Notes under the pieces: generated by a model
Database searches by the model: none
The model's input: the letters and a program-made list of their open reading frames with translations, nothing else
What the model was told of the DNA's origin: nothing
Translations under genes and position numbers: made by a program
Assembly (NCBI GenBank): GCA_052426225.1
Contig: JBNJNM010000009.1
Span: forward strand, 992,001 to 1,056,000
Length of the DNA stretch: 64,000 nucleotides
DNA from: Zancudomyces culisetae HAW-14-8
Taxonomy: Eukaryota > Fungi > Kickxellomycota
Direction of reading: 5' to 3'
Part shown: piece after piece, positions 61,505 through 64,000 of the stretch
Position numbering within the stretch: position 1 is the first letter of the stretch
Layout of the letters: each line of letters starts with the position of its first letter

Positions 61505-62405
61505 GGGGTGATAGTGTAGTCAGCACTGTACATCCATGGTGTTAAGTTTGTAGTCGGGGGAGAGGGATGGGCGCTCACTGCGATTTCTCTTTAGTGAGTT
61601 TTGAACAGGATTCAAGGGCTTTTTTAAAAAATCAGCGAATATTTCAGTTAGAAAAAAAATTTACCACTAGTTTTTTTTGGCTCTTTACGCCTTTTTATAT
61701 CAATATCGTTATTTTTATTGTAGTTTTATATTATTGAGTATCTGTATTCAGGCAATTCTATTTTCCGAGAATAAAAAAGTATCTGAATATTTAAACTAGA
61801 ATGTTACACACAGCCCAGTTATAATTAAAACAATGATAAGATTTAGCTTAGTTTTGGTACCTGATCTCAAAAATGGTACGTTAAATGATGAAGGAGAAAG
61901 TTTTTGCAGCTAGGTAAAATTGTGTTTGATAATAGAGGGATTCACGCTTAATATCAAATTTTGTACAAATGTTCTATGCATCTGGGTGAGTAATATACTG
62001 ACTCGAATTTGACCCATAAACAATCTGAACAATTGTTTTCAATAATGACATGGTACTTTATTGCTTTTCAGAAAGGAAATTGTATAAACAAAGGCCACCC
62101 ACATCACCTGCCACCACTACCACTACCACTACCAACAGTGTTAATATGGACAAACAAACAAGCAAACGACTTGTATTTGGATCACAACCCGGTATGGTCT
62201 TTTGGGTGAATTAACATCATTGGTATTATTATTAAAACAGGTTTACAATCAACAGCAAAAAAAAAAAGATAGCATACTAAAGTGTAATGTAGTATATGAT
62301 GGTTATAATGTGCCATATAAAAGTACTCGAAAAAGAGATATACTATAAAATAGAAATAAAAATAAACGCGAGTGAGAAAAATAGGGTATGAGAGAAAATG
62401 TGATG

Positions 62406-62929
62406 TTAGAAGGGTAGAGATGGTTTGTTTTTGATAGTTTCTTTGAGCTTGTTGTCTTTCCATTCTGTAATCTTCTTTGGCATATCTTGAAGCGCTTTTT
62501 CGACCTTTTCTTTCCTATAAATAATATTGTAAATTTTATGATAAGACTTGTTTCATAGCTACAATTAAAAGTGATATCTAACAAAATCTAATTGACGTTG
62601 GGTGGGTTGAGTAAAGATGAAAAAGAAAAGTAAAAAACAAAATAAAAATACCTTTCCAAATAATCCCGCTGCTCTTTATGTCCTTTTGGTGGTTTACTTC
62701 GAAGTGCTTTCTTCTCTTTTAGTGGTGGGAGGCCAAGAGTTACTACTGGATCTACATCATGGAGCAAACATGCTTTTCTCAAATCTGCCTGCCTCCTAAG
62801 ACTAAACCTTGGACCTCTCCATTTTCCATTTACAAAAGTCGGAAAGAAATTGCTTTTATCGTTTACTTCTATTTTTGTGCCCGATAGGTATTTCAAGATC
62901 TTGTATGAAAACTTTCTTTGTGTTGCCAT
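62406..62929 (-). CDS. MRPL25: Mitochondrial ribosomal protein mL59 (MRPL25); exons 62929-62652 and 62514-62406
   Basis: GKWRGPRFSLRRQADLRK, KPPKGHK, and spliced KVEKALQDMPKKITEWK...LPF*. Confidence 0.88.
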
Positions 62930-63649
62930 TTTTTTGGATTTGATTGTGTTTCGATTTAAAATTGTAGGATATTCGAATTTTTGTATTTATTTATTTTTGT
63001 TTGTTCCTTCAGTATACTTCGCTCCTTTGCCTCTAATTACTGGAAAGATGTAGAATAAATCGCTCTAGGTTCTATAGGCGCGTGAATGTAGAAAATCTAT
63101 AAAAGGAAATTGGAGAATTGCTTGTAAAGACTATATTCCTAATTCTCAAGTGATCAGAGTATATCAACCAAAGATAACCAAGTTAAATGTTTAAAGCCTG
63201 CTATTATTCCGCTTCGTTTTTTTTTCTTCAATGATGTTTTTAGTAAAGAATTGATTTGGCTTCTCACCCAATTAGCCAACAAATCGTTAGAGGATAAAAT
63301 TGATAAAAAAAATTTTTTTTCTGCCATTTTTGTGGTATGACTTCCAAAATTCTGCTTAGCTGGACCGGTATTATAATGGCAAAACGGTGGGAGATGTAGA
63401 ACAAGCTCTAGAGATCTATTTCTTTGCGTGCTATACACCAAGGAAGAAAAAAAAAGTAGATAAAAGGGATCTGGCATGTACTGGCACAAAGATGTTAGTT
63501 GGACCAATTCGGTCAAAGCAGTCAATAAGCAGATATTTTAATAGTATTATTTATTATAATTGTTTAGAGCATAGTAAATAAAGCAGATAATAAACACAAC
63601 ATATTGAATAGCTAAAAATTAAATAAAATAAACAGAGAAAAAAATAGGA

Positions 63650-64000
63650 TTAGTTGTTTTTTCCACGTTTGGCTCTAGTGGGAGACTCGGCAGAATTGCT
63701 AGCACTGGAGGTAGTTCGTTTATGAGAAGAACCCGCAGATTTTTTACCAGAACGTTTGGGTGTGATGACAACAGGTTCGGGCTTTGAAGGGGTAGAGGCA
63801 GGTTTTTCCACATTAGGAGTAGCAGTTTCGGTAGACTCATCCTCAGATGTCTCGCTGGAGGGATCCACACAGTGGCCAAAAATACGAAGACGGCTAACAG
63901 CACCATCTGGGTAGATGGTGAGTTTGACATGGGAAAAAGGTTCTTTGGGAAGAGATAGGACAAATTTATTTTGGGTATTTGGGTCCAGAGGTTTTTTGGA
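63650..64000 (-). CDS. DAL2: 3' end of allantoicase (gene begins beyond the window), with a low-complexity C-terminal tail
   Basis: The frame open from 64000 reads ...FSHVKLTIYPDGAVSRLRIFG, matching the allantoicase repeat signature (HV.L.I.PDGG..R.R.FG). It continues into a Ser/Thr/Lys-rich tail to TAA at 63650. Confidence 0.8.
   Translation of the reverse strand, partial: SKKPLDPNTQNKFVLSLPKEPFSHVKLTIYPDGAVSRLRIFGHCVDPSSETSEDESTETATPNVEKPASTPSKPEPVVITPKRSGKKSAGSSHKRTTSSASNSAESPTRAKRGKNN

Noticed and set aside
60849-61526. Four additional long overlapping ORFs across the metallothionein (three minus strand, one plus strand)
   Set aside because: A by-product of repetitive TGC/AAG/GAA codons that lack stops in other frames. 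Only the Cys-rich frame has a coherent family signature.
61572-61600. Small hairpin (CTCACT...AGTGAG) in the metallothionein 3' region
   Set aside because: The stem is too short to distinguish from chance and has no SECIS or IRE consensus.
1-64000. Selenoprotein (in-frame TGA plus SECIS), known in some early-diverging fungi
   Set aside because: No recognisable redox gene with a TGA aligned to a catalytic Cys was found by eye. A SECISearch or Selenoprofiles run would be needed to exclude it.

Overview
AT-rich eukaryotic DNA with short GT-AG introns, from a fungus. The gene content and compactness suggest an early-diverging lineage such as Zoopagomycota/Kickxellomycotina (inference, not verified). 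No prokaryotic operons, CRISPR arrays, rRNA or tRNA genes were recognised. The first ~7.9 kb is gene-poor and may hold degenerate coding remnants. It is followed by about 22 genes: COX12, intronless MetE, an intronless P5-type ATPase with a signal peptide and Cys-rich N-terminal ectodomain, CCZ1-like, DCTN6 (with a probable 6-nt microexon), a small unknown membrane protein, Bni4/Phactr-like, CYC3, WBP2-like, TAP42, PET100, a CDF/ZRG17-like transporter, TBCA, a two-domain AAA ATPase with degenerate Walker B motifs, ING, PHGDH, a secreted GPI-like orphan, VPS28, EAF3, WrbA/Pst2, a 201-aa 56-Cys modular metallothionein, MRPL25 and the 3' end of allantoicase. The main highlights are: (1) the giant modular metallothionein, transcribed head-to-head with WrbA across a spacer carrying clustered Yap1-type and GCTATTGG motifs; (2) the ectodomain-fused P5 ATPase with a non-canonical M4 motif; (3) the MetE with non-Dikarya signatures; (4) the DCTN6 microexon. 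Gene models were assembled by eye.
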